Positions 1-8,524 are shown, counted from the first letter of the stretch. The stretch: DNA of 20,000 nt from an uncultured virus (IMG/VR IMGVR_UViG_3300009502_000043) (IMGVR_UViG_3300009502_000043); one strand, 5' to 3'. A program made the numbers and translations. Notes: generated by a model from the letters alone, not told the origin.

Positions 1-405
1 GTTATTGCTAAAAAAATCGCATTGTTATTGTTGAAAAAATCACATGATACAAGCAATATTTCAGGTGATGTAATGTCAAATGTTTGTTCTGGTGAAGGTT
101 TTAAAAGAATCAATGAATCAATACAATTTTTAAAAGTTCATGGTATTAATATTGTTGCACCAAGTGAAATCTCTGATGAAACAATCACTTTTGAAATGAC
201 TGGTGATCCTCCAGGAATGTCAAAAGCTCAATTTATTTTAAAATTTAAGGAAATGTATCCAAATTCAGAACATATTGGATTAACAAAAACAACAAAATTT
301 TTGTTTTGTGAAGATATTAATGGACAAGGTGGAAAATGTAACAAAGCAAGAAAATATAATATCAAAAGAGTTTCATACAAAGATGCATTGAATAATAATT
401 TATAA
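1..405 (+). CDS. ligA: C-terminal part (BRCT domain) of NAD-dependent DNA ligase, 5'-truncated by window edge
   Basis: Frame is open from base 1 (VIAKKIALLLLKK...). The C-terminus has the BRCT pattern TFEMTG...SKAQF...LTKTTKFLFC...GGKCNKARKYNIKRVSY typical of LigA. The catalytic domain is not in the window. Confidence 0.7.
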   Translation, partial: VIAKKIALLLLKKSHDTSNISGDVMSNVCSGEGFKRINESIQFLKVHGINIVAPSEISDETITFEMTGDPPGMSKAQFILKFKEMYPNSEHIGLTKTTKFLFCEDINGQGGKCNKARKYNIKRVSYKDALNNNL

Positions 406-411
406 AAAACC

Positions 412-783
412 ATGGAAGAACTTATTAAAAAATTTATATTTGAACCAAATGTTTGGATTAAATTCGAATCAAATGGTATAACTTGTGTTGGAAGAACAAT
501 TGCGTTTGAAGATAAACAAATTGTTTCATTTACTTCAAGTATTGGTGTATCATCTATAATTGATTTTCATGAAATTCAAAATCCTACCAAATTAACATTT
601 GTTAAAGATACTGATATGGATGTAAAAATTTGGGGCAAAGTTAAAGGAAATTTACGTTTTTATAAACATGAAATCCCAGTAAACCAGGAAAATTTATTTC
701 CAATTGAAGAAATTTTCGATGAAAAAATAGATAAATTTTCAGCTAATCCATTATTTATAATTAAACCAAAAGCGGAATGTTAA
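412..783 (+). CDS. hypothetical protein (123 aa)
   Basis: ATG ORF 6 nt after the ligase stop, followed by a terminator. Confidence 0.8.
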   Translation: MEELIKKFIFEPNVWIKFESNGITCVGRTIAFEDKQIVSFTSSIGVSSIIDFHEIQNPTKLTFVKDTDMDVKIWGKVKGNLRFYKHEIPVNQENLFPIEEIFDEKIDKFSANPLFIIKPKAEC

Positions 784-792
784 TAAAATTCC

Positions 793-833
793 ATAAAAAA
801 TGGCCGAAATTAAGTTTTCAGGCCATTTTTTAT
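793..833 (+). terminator. intrinsic terminator (possibly bidirectional)
   Basis: ATAAAAAATGGCC...GGCCATTTTTTAT inverted repeat with a T-tract. Confidence 0.8.
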
Positions 834-866
834 TTATTTTATTTTGTCGAATTACACACGTTTGTC

Positions 867-899
867 TATATTATTTAATATAAATGGATAAATATATTA
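867..899 (+). promoter_or_regulatory. putative phage promoter, copy 1
   Basis: TATATT-N13-GGATAAATATATTA upstream of the ORF at 970. Confidence 0.6.
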
Positions 900-969
900 A
901 TTCAAATTTTAACCTTTTTTGAATTAAGTATAAAAAATACCTTAATCTACTTAAAAATTTTAAACCATT

Positions 970-1920
970 ATGCAAATAGAAAATTTTTCTTCAATCGAAA
1001 GTCAGTTGTTGTCAGCATTTAATCAGGGTAATAAAACTTTCGATGGCTTATTGGGTACAGTTCCTTTTGGTGAAAAAACATTAACAATCACTTTGGAAGG
1101 ACTTTTATCCAAAAACGTACTTAAATTTGATAAGAAAACATCAAAATATGAGTATGATTCGCCTATTTCTGATGAAATGATAATACTTGATGGAAACATC
1201 TTATTACCAACAACAGTAATCAGAATACCCAACAAGGGAATTATGTATGTTTCTCGTGGTTCATGGTATCAATTTCCAATTGATTTTGATATTAGAAGAA
1301 TTATTTGGAATGTCAAATTGCAATCTAAAACAAATTCTACTCTCGTTGAATTGATTAAAACATCAATTCTTAAAGAACGTAAATCCAAAATTATCCAGTT
1401 ACCTGAATATGAAAGTTTACGAAATAAAATTGTTCCTTATTCGCCAACAATTGGTTTAATGATCAATACAGTTGGAGAAGAATTTACAGATATTTCGATC
1501 CAATTCAAAATTAAACTGGTTAATGAAGATATTTCTCCAGAACATCGTGGATTTTCTGTTCGTACTGAAATTTCAACAACAGAACTGTTACAACAATTAA
1601 AAACACCTGTTGCACAAAGAAATTATATTGAATGTATTAAAATAAATCAAATCTTTAATTTTAGTGATTTCATATTTTCAAAAAATGAAATTCCTGTAAG
1701 TATTAAAAATTCAGAATTAACTTATGTTAAAATCACTGGTGTTAAAAAACAGTTTGAATTGACATATTTTAAACTTGGATTAAATGGAATGTCAACAAAA
1801 TTAGATGTTGAAAATTATGATGATTCAAATGAAGCAATTGAAAAACTTCGTGATATTTTCAGAGGAATGCCAAATTTGATTTTATCAGAAAATAATTTTA
1901 TGTGCGAACTTACAGAGTAA
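970..1920 (+). CDS. hypothetical protein (316 aa), possible N-terminal winged-helix domain
   Basis: Long ORF. Residues ~8-63 (TFDGLLGTVPFGEKTLTITLEGLLSKNVLKFDKKTSKYEY) resemble a wHTH helix-helix-wing pattern. Confidence 0.8.
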   Translation: MQIENFSSIESQLLSAFNQGNKTFDGLLGTVPFGEKTLTITLEGLLSKNVLKFDKKTSKYEYDSPISDEMIILDGNILLPTTVIRIPNKGIMYVSRGSWYQFPIDFDIRRIIWNVKLQSKTNSTLVELIKTSILKERKSKIIQLPEYESLRNKIVPYSPTIGLMINTVGEEFTDISIQFKIKLVNEDISPEHRGFSVRTEISTTELLQQLKTPVAQRNYIECIKINQIFNFSDFIFSKNEIPVSIKNSELTYVKITGVKKQFELTYFKLGLNGMSTKLDVENYDDSNEAIEKLRDIFRGMPNLILSENNFMCELTE

Positions 1921-1939
1921 TAATCATTAAACTAAAGAA

Positions 1940-2677
1940 ATGACAGCTGGAGGATTAACAACAATCTTAAAATTAGATGTTGATATTAATGATCAAAACA
2001 TAAGAGCATGTTCACCATTATCTGCATTTAACAATTTTATTCAGGAAATATCACGAATGTGTGATGAAGTTTTTTATCCTGATTACAGAGGTAATGTGAA
2101 TCAAATGTTAATGCGAAATGAAATATTTTTCGAAGATTATTCAATTTTATTTTTCAACTTTATAAAGTTATCATATGTTGATCATGGAATAAAAATAAAT
2201 TTCATTGGAGACATTGATATGGATAAATTATCATATGTTGAAAAATTTATTGTCGAAAAAGAAAAAATTATCTTTTTGTTTCAAAAGTATTTGTATATAA
2301 TTTCAGAAGTATCTGAAAATTATGATCATACAATTGCTCAGAAATATGTTGATGATATTTTCAAAAAAGTAAAATCTACCAAAACTGAAACAGAAATGTT
2401 TCTCGTACCTCACAAAAATAAAATTAATCATTTATTTGATAATAATGATCATACATTAGAAAAGTTATACAACAAATTTTCATATGTTATTACTTTCATC
2501 AATAATAAGCATACCTTTACTTATAAATTAATGAGAGTATTATCATCTGATTTAGATGAATCAAAATCATTGGAAAATATCAGATTTTTAGAAAAAGAAA
2601 CTATCAAATTTGATACAATTAATATTTTTGAGTTAAGTAACTTTTTATGCAAATTGTATTATTACGGAGAAATTTAA
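1940..2677 (+). CDS. hypothetical protein (245 aa)
   Basis: Long ORF in an operon with the helicase. Confidence 0.8.
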   Translation: MTAGGLTTILKLDVDINDQNIRACSPLSAFNNFIQEISRMCDEVFYPDYRGNVNQMLMRNEIFFEDYSILFFNFIKLSYVDHGIKINFIGDIDMDKLSYVEKFIVEKEKIIFLFQKYLYIISEVSENYDHTIAQKYVDDIFKKVKSTKTETEMFLVPHKNKINHLFDNNDHTLEKLYNKFSYVITFINNKHTFTYKLMRVLSSDLDESKSLENIRFLEKETIKFDTINIFELSNFLCKLYYYGEI

Positions 2678-2691
2678 AAAATTATTATCAA

Positions 2692-4620
2692 ATGATAGAC
2701 GAAAGTGTTTTAGATCAAGATATGCTCGATACGGGAATACTTGATTATGTTGAACCTGAAAAAGATTTACATTATAACATCAGAAATGTTGAACAAAAAG
2801 ATATTATTGAAGCAGTAAAAGCATGTTTGAAAGTATCAGATTTAATACAACCAAATAAGTCTTTAGTAAATTCAGTTTTTGCAATTTTGACAACATTATA
2901 TCTTGAAGACAAAAAATATGCAATAATTGAAGCACCTACAGGTAGTGGAAAAACAATCATTGGATTTATGGTATATTTTTGTACACAATATCTTCATTAT
3001 AGATGTGAACAAAAAGATCAATTAAATTCAATTGCAAAACCTGGTGAACCATTGAAAAATGTTGCATATTTTTTAACATCAGCAAAAATGTTACAAGAGC
3101 AAATTGATAAAGATTTAGATCGATTTACTTTTCGCGATTATATTTCAATGGTTAAAGGTGTTGATAATTATGAATGTATTGATGCAACTAAAAAAGCCAA
3201 ACATATGTTGGCTCCAGGTGAAAAAATAAAATATTCAGAAAGAAGTTGTATTGGAATGGTTAAGAAAGATAGACAAATAATATATTCACATTGTGATAAT
3301 ATTTGTTCATATCAACTCGCAAGACTTGAAGCTTCTGAAAAATCATGTACAGTATTAAATTACGCTTATTTCTTAAATGTCCTGAAAGGTGAATTTAATC
3401 CATTTTTCGCAAAACGTTTTTTAACAATTGCTGATGAAGCTCATTTAATTCCCGATATTGTTTGTAATATCTTCAATTATGAATTTACTCAGTATATTAT
3501 TAACAGAGCTTTCAAAATATTGAATGAAATCGAATTTACATATGGTGATAAAGATATGCTTGATATGAAATCTTCGTTAATGATTTGTTTTAAAGTATTC
3601 AATGAACCATTGAACAGATTATCTGAAGTAATGGATTATTTGAATAATTTGAAAATATTTTACGATAAATTCATTGAACTTGAAAAAGTAAAACCAGAAG
3701 TATTAAATACACATAAAATTACCATTTATAAGTTGATTGAATCTTTAAAATCAATACTTGAAAGTATTGAATCTATAAATGATTTAATAATAAATCGTCC
3801 AGAAGATATTTATTTTGAATCTGAAGAAGTTGCATTTGAAAAAATAACAGGTGCTAAAGTTTACAAGCATATTGTTAAAGATTTATCTGAAGCTGAAATG
3901 GTTCGTAAATATTTCCTAACCAAAGTAAATAAGTGTGTTTTTATGTCTGCAACTCTTGGAGATGTTGATGAATATGCAAAAATGATGGGAATGGCTGAAA
4001 ATGAATATGGTGGATTAAGATTACCATCATCATTCAATTTTGAAACTTCACCAGTTTATCTTTGTAGATCAGGATGGTTAAATTATGCTAATTTTGAAAA
4101 TAATATTGACAAAATTCTTATGGATACTTTGAAAATTTGTGAAAGTTATCATCCAAATGAAAAAGGTATTGTACATACTTCAACATTCAAAATTTGCCAA
4201 TTATTACAAACAAAAGTCAATAATAAATTGGTTAAAAGTCCAGATCGTTATCTTTTTTACAAAACTGCTGAAGAAAAGGAAAATTGCGTAAAGTTAATGA
4301 TGAATAGTCAAATTCCTTATGTAATTATTGGTCCTTCACTTTATGAAGGATTAGATTTGAAAGATGATGCTGGAAGATTCAATATTCTTATGAAAGTACC
4401 ATATTCTGGCTTAAGTGATTATGTCAAGAAAAAAATGGAAAGATTTCCTTTTTGGTACAGACGTAATGTGTTGGAAAAAATTACACAAGCTGTTGGACGT
4501 ACAAATCGTCATGTTAACGATTATTCAACAACATATTTGCTTGATTCATCATTTGATAAAATCATTTATGATACAAATCAAATAATAGTTGATAGATTAC
4601 AATTCAAAACAATAAGGTGA
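2692..4620 (+). CDS. dinG: DinG/XPD(Rad3)-family SF2 DNA helicase with putative Fe-S cluster
   Basis: Walker A EAPTGSGKT, motif II DEAH, motif III SATLG, motif V YEGLDLK, motif VI QAVGRTNRHVNDY, and four Cys between motifs I and II (NYEC, RSC, HCDNIC). ATG 2692 is preferred over 2647 because it avoids overlap with the upstream gene. Confidence 0.9.
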   Translation: MIDESVLDQDMLDTGILDYVEPEKDLHYNIRNVEQKDIIEAVKACLKVSDLIQPNKSLVNSVFAILTTLYLEDKKYAIIEAPTGSGKTIIGFMVYFCTQYLHYRCEQKDQLNSIAKPGEPLKNVAYFLTSAKMLQEQIDKDLDRFTFRDYISMVKGVDNYECIDATKKAKHMLAPGEKIKYSERSCIGMVKKDRQIIYSHCDNICSYQLARLEASEKSCTVLNYAYFLNVLKGEFNPFFAKRFLTIADEAHLIPDIVCNIFNYEFTQYIINRAFKILNEIEFTYGDKDMLDMKSSLMICFKVFNEPLNRLSEVMDYLNNLKIFYDKFIELEKVKPEVLNTHKITIYKLIESLKSILESIESINDLIINRPEDIYFESEEVAFEKITGAKVYKHIVKDLSEAEMVRKYFLTKVNKCVFMSATLGDVDEYAKMMGMAENEYGGLRLPSSFNFETSPVYLCRSGWLNYANFENNIDKILMDTLKICESYHPNEKGIVHTSTFKICQLLQTKVNNKLVKSPDRYLFYKTAEEKENCVKLMMNSQIPYVIIGPSLYEGLDLKDDAGRFNILMKVPYSGLSDYVKKKMERFPFWYRRNVLEKITQAVGRTNRHVNDYSTTYLLDSSFDKIIYDTNQIIVDRLQFKTIR

Positions 4621-4630
4621 TTAATAACTT

Positions 4631-4661
4631 AAGGGGGTCTGATTAAATTCAGAGCCCCTTT
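4631..4661 (+). terminator. intrinsic terminator
   Basis: AAGGGGGTCTGA-ttaaat-TCAGAGCCCCTTT hairpin just after the helicase stop. Confidence 0.75.
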
Positions 4662-4693
4662 CGTTGATAAAAAACGTTTATAGTTAAACGTCC

Positions 4694-4726
4694 CATAATA
4701 AAAAAAATACATGGATATATGATTTA
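4694..4726 (+). promoter_or_regulatory. putative phage promoter, copy 2
   Basis: CATAAT-N13-GGATATATGATTTA. Confidence 0.6.
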
Positions 4727-4761
4727 TAATCAAGAAATAATGTAAAATAATTCAAACGAAA

Positions 4762-5361
4762 ATGAAAAACAAGAACACTCGTAATTTCCTTGAAGTTATG
4801 ATGAAATTACGTCGCATTTCGATGAATTTGGAAATTGAAAAAGTAACTAAAAGCTTAGAAATTATTCTTGGTCCACAAGACACAATTAGCTTTGATGTTA
4901 CAAAGAAATGTTTCATTATTAATTCGATAACTTGCGGATTACATTTTCCAAATTGGCACCCTAAACCATCTGATATTGATTTCATATTGGGCAATTTTTC
5001 AGATGATCAAATATTTTTAGCAACTGAAAAAATAAATATCGAAATATTCAATATTTATAAAGACATGGATGCTATATTGTTATATGGTAGTTTATATTCC
5101 ATATTAATGTTGATGAAACTTCCTGAAAATCAATTGACACCAAGAATTACATTAAATTTTGGAAAATATTCAATCATTTATAATGATTTTGTAAATAAAT
5201 TTATGATTGCCGATATTGAACAAGATTCGGAATTTTTTCATGAATTTAATCCAAATATATTATTTCCAGAATTGTTGAAACATCAAAAATATTCTGATGT
5301 TTTTAAAGCTTTGGATGAAACTTTTAATAAATTGGTATTTAAATCTAATTTACTACGTTAA
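4762..5361 (+). CDS. hypothetical protein (199 aa)
   Basis: ORF after the promoter motif, with a TAATG overlap with the next gene. Confidence 0.8.
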   Translation: MKNKNTRNFLEVMMKLRRISMNLEIEKVTKSLEIILGPQDTISFDVTKKCFIINSITCGLHFPNWHPKPSDIDFILGNFSDDQIFLATEKINIEIFNIYKDMDAILLYGSLYSILMLMKLPENQLTPRITLNFGKYSIIYNDFVNKFMIADIEQDSEFFHEFNPNILFPELLKHQKYSDVFKALDETFNKLVFKSNLLR

Positions 5362-6158
5362 TGTCTGAAATTATTGATGCGAAAATAATAACACCGAAAC
5401 CAGTTGTATCTTGGTGGAAAAGTGGTGACCCATGCTTGTATATATCTAAATGGAGAAATAAATTGACAGAAATAAATGTTATCGAAACAAAACATTTATC
5501 TGATGAATTTATTCAAATTTGTATTGAAGAAAAACATTCCATATTTCTCCATGTAAATATTACAGGTATGGGTAAAACTATTTTTGAACCAAAAATTCCA
5601 ACCGTAAAGGAAACGTTTTTCCAAATAAAAAAATTAATTGATTTAGGATTTCCACAAAAACAAATACTTGTTTGTGTTGATCCAATATTACCAAATGATA
5701 ATGGATTGAATGCTCTTAAACTTTTACTCAAAGTATTTACAGAATATAGAGTATTAAGATTAAGAAATGTTAGATTTAATGTTCTCCATTATAAAGAAAT
5801 CGAAAGTACATCAAATAAAAAATATACAATTGCAAATCAGAACATAACTTCCAGACAATCAACAAAAGGAATTATGCAATATTTAACATCTTCACCAACT
5901 TTTTTTAAAGATTATTATAAATTGATTGATCAGTATAAAACAATTATTTCTGTTGATCATTCAATTGAAGCAAAAGTTGGAATACGTGAACTTATTGTAT
6001 TTGGTTATAAAAATGAATGGATTAATACTGATGGAAGTCGAGAAAAAATTATCGAATATGAAAAAGGTAATAAATTCAAACCTTTATTAAATGTTATATC
6101 TGATAAAAATCCAATTCGTTGTCAAAATCGATGTTTGCTTTGTGCACATAAATATTGA
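5361..6158 (+). CDS. DUF1848-like protein with C-terminal CxxxCxxC (radical-SAM-like Fe-S motif)
   Basis: HVNITGMGKTIFEPKIP...QILVCVDPIL and terminal CQNRCLLC match the remembered DUF1848 pattern (T.TgY...lEP.vP...WRyDPI...CxxxCxYC). Confidence 0.6.
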   Translation: MSEIIDAKIITPKPVVSWWKSGDPCLYISKWRNKLTEINVIETKHLSDEFIQICIEEKHSIFLHVNITGMGKTIFEPKIPTVKETFFQIKKLIDLGFPQKQILVCVDPILPNDNGLNALKLLLKVFTEYRVLRLRNVRFNVLHYKEIESTSNKKYTIANQNITSRQSTKGIMQYLTSSPTFFKDYYKLIDQYKTIISVDHSIEAKVGIRELIVFGYKNEWINTDGSREKIIEYEKGNKFKPLLNVISDKNPIRCQNRCLLCAHKY

Positions 6159-6215
6159 AAGTTATTCAGAATTAATCCAAAAATAAATTATTTTTAAAAT
6201 TTTCATATTTTTGTC

Positions 6216-6248
6216 CATATTCAGAAATTAAATAGGATATATAAATTA
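6216..6248 (+). promoter_or_regulatory. putative phage promoter, copy 3
   Basis: CATATT-N13-GGATATATAAATTA. Confidence 0.7.
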
Positions 6249-6287
6249 ATAAAGAAACACATACTTATAATTTATTAATAAACTGAT

Positions 6288-6593
6288 ATGGACAACGATA
6301 AAAACAATAATATTTCTGAAATAGATTTGACGAAGATAGATTGGAATAAATTGTCTGTAGAAGAATTTAATCAATTAGAATTAGAATTAAATCAAAAAGA
6401 AAGAAAAGCAAGAATTGCTGCTCAAGTTGGTGCCAAAAGAATAACAGGGAATACAACGATTGTAATCAAAGGTGCCATGTATAATATTAAAACAGTAGAT
6501 TACAATCGTTTAAAAGCTATGAAATCTCCAAAAGCAAAAGAAAAATTAATCAAAGAGATATTAGCAACAAATCAGAAAATTGAGAGTATTTAA
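6288..6593 (+). CDS. hypothetical protein (101 aa)
   Basis: ORF after the promoter motif. Its C-terminal region resembles that of the next gene. Confidence 0.8.
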   Translation: MDNDKNNNISEIDLTKIDWNKLSVEEFNQLELELNQKERKARIAAQVGAKRITGNTTIVIKGAMYNIKTVDYNRLKAMKSPKAKEKLIKEILATNQKIESI

Positions 6594-6631
6594 ACATACA
6601 TTTATTAATAATTATTAAAAATCATTTCAAG

Positions 6632-7195
6632 ATGACACAAGAAAATCAGAATGCTGACGTTTTGTCAGAAGGTTTGGAAGTTGGTGAAGTTGTAGCACCA
6701 GAAACAGGCGAAAAAGCTCCTAAAGTAAAAAAAGATCAAACACCGGAAGAAGCCGCACAAATTGAAGCAGGTATTGCAAAAATCAAACAATTTGGTGTAG
6801 GTACAAAGTTTGCCTTGGTTATGGACAACCTGGCAGTTGCCTGGAACAGTGGTGACAAAGATGTTTTGACTGCTAACAAAGAAGCTCTTATGAAAGAGTT
6901 TGGTGGTTCTGAAAACCTTAAAGATTATATCGATGGTGATTTCCAGGCTGAACTTACCGAAATTCAGGGAACTGCAAAAGTTTGTTCTATCCTGAATAAC
7001 GTAAAATCATTTTACGCTCGCCGGGCAACAACAACCAAAGCAAAAACTGTTCAGGTTAATATCGGTGGTACATTGTACAATGTTGATGCAGCTTACTATG
7101 CTGAAATTGCAAACGAAACTCGCGAAACAAAACGTGAACTTTTACTTGCACATGCCGGTACCCAGGTTGCTACATCAGTACCAGAAGTACTGTAG
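6632..7195 (+). CDS. hypothetical protein (187 aa), probably highly expressed
   Basis: Ala/Glu/Lys-rich ORF with noticeably more C-ending codons (AAC, ATC, TTC, GCC) than its neighbours, followed by a strong terminator. Confidence 0.88.
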   Translation: MTQENQNADVLSEGLEVGEVVAPETGEKAPKVKKDQTPEEAAQIEAGIAKIKQFGVGTKFALVMDNLAVAWNSGDKDVLTANKEALMKEFGGSENLKDYIDGDFQAELTEIQGTAKVCSILNNVKSFYARRATTTKAKTVQVNIGGTLYNVDAAYYAEIANETRETKRELLLAHAGTQVATSVPEVL

Positions 7196-7226
7196 TCAGT
7201 AAAAAAGCTCAATACAGATTAGATTT

Positions 7227-7270
7227 AAAACCCTGGGGACTAACAATAACAATACCCAGGGTTTTTTTTT
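7227..7270 (+). terminator. intrinsic terminator
   Basis: AAAACCCTGGG...CCCAGGG followed by T9. Confidence 0.8.
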
Positions 7271-7296
7271 CCTAAAGTTATTAAAAACATCAAAAC

Positions 7297-7706
7297 GGGG
7301 AATCTTGGTTTTGACAGCATAGAGACAGGTAATCATTCAACACGAATATGATAAAATTTCGGTAAAAAGTTATCAAAAACAATAACAGGCAAAGGAAAAA
7401 TCGTGAATTTCTTAGACAAGGTCTTTGGAAATTCAAACGAAGAAGTATCAATGCAAATTGCTGCTTAATTTCATAACTTATTATTTTTTAATGAAAAGAG
7501 TTTGGGATTTACAGAGTTAATGAAAATTCCTGGTGGAAACTGGTGGAGTGTATCAAAACCAGTCAGCCCAAATTTTGGTTGTTTTATTAAAAGGTTTTGT
7601 CCTGAAAAACAACATACTGATGTGATTGTGAAAGAATCACAAGAAGTTGTAGCAAGATGATTATTGGTCCTTTGTTTGGACACCGGTTCGAGTCCGGTAT
7701 TCTCCA
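7297..7706 (+). ncRNA. ssrA: tmRNA (transfer-messenger RNA)
   Basis: 5' GGGGAATcttGGtttTGAC. 3' T-arm ACCGG-TTCGAGT-CCGGT plus ATTCTCC-A. The acceptor stem has the G3-U alanine identity pair. Internal tag frame 7388-7468 follows ATAACA and ends ...QIAA-TAA. CCA is not encoded (CTA). Confidence 0.95.
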
Positions 7707-7713
7707 CTAATAA

Positions 7714-8520
7714 TGATTTGAATAAAAATCAGATCAAACAATATTTAAAACATTCCGCCAATGTAGGCACCGAAATGACGGTTATATGCCATCTCCGTCA
7801 TAGCCTTCCGGAATCCGCCGGGAAATTTGGATAAAGAAGTTTGGATTAAATTCCGATATGTAACTTCATCCTACTCCCATCATGAAGTGTTTGAAAAAAG
7901 TAGAATATCAAACACAAAACGATATGGTTCTGCTCATAATATGAATGAAGATCATATTCGCCTCGCTAAGGTACCCAGGAAGTATTTGAATAATCGAATA
8001 TTACTGTAAAGTGCAAAAAAATGTTGGAATGATTCTTATGTGCACGTATTGCTTGAATTTCAACAGTAAACCAATTAGATTTTTCGGTTATATTCCGCCA
8101 GTAGAATATCGGTTAGTCGTGAATTGCTTCCGATATATCTTATATCGCGGTCAAAGATTGTCCGGTCAAGATTCGCGTATTCGCTTACAGTACCGACCGA
8201 TCAAGTTTCGGAAATCATTTGGTTGAAAATTTTGAGTATCTTTAATATTTGAAAGTCTTACGACAGTAGAATATGCTCAAAATTTTTTATTTGGTAATTT
8301 ATTAAAAGTTAGTGTGACGTTTGTTAAGTAATTTCGAGTTGCCGAATATTTTTGATTTAGTCAAGAATTTCGTTCAAACAAACATTAGTTTTTGATTCTT
8401 TATAGGTGAGAGTCGAAAATGTGGACTGGTTCCGAGCCTCTCAGGAAAAAATCGGAAAATAATAAAATGTTTTCTGTTTCCATGGAAAAGAATACCAGCA
8501 ATCAAGAAATTTCTTTTCCA
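7714..8520 (+). ncRNA. candidate large structured non-coding RNA(s) of unknown family
   Basis: GC-enriched ~800 nt with no credible ORF, tiled by stems (e.g. 7775-7801, 7863-7888, 7887-7915, 8106-8136, 8226-8286, 8306-8391) that contain G-U pairs in the + orientation. Lies between tmRNA and tRNA. Boundaries are uncertain. Confidence 0.6.
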
Positions 8521-8524
8521 AAAC

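Noticed and set aside
7471..7707. 78-aa minus-strand ORF (MENTGLEPVS...)
   Set aside because: Antisense shadow of the tmRNA 3' end. The 'GLEP' start is the typical reverse translation of a T-arm.
7827..8226. ORFs 7827-8009 and 8011-8226
   Set aside because: TTG/GTG starts, Arg-rich composition with CGN codons atypical for this genome, and they overlap dense RNA stems. Not fully excluded.
7960..8290. RNase P RNA (AAAGTGCAA, TGCTTGA, GTAAACC, GAAAGTC fragments)
   Set aside because: The fragments are in the wrong order and the P4 signatures GAGGAAAGTCC and AACCCGGCTTA are missing. An Rfam scan would settle it.
7714..8520. DGR template repeat, retron or group I/II intron
   Set aside because: No reverse transcriptase or homing endonuclease in the window, no matching variable repeat noticed, and no interrupted gene flanks the region.
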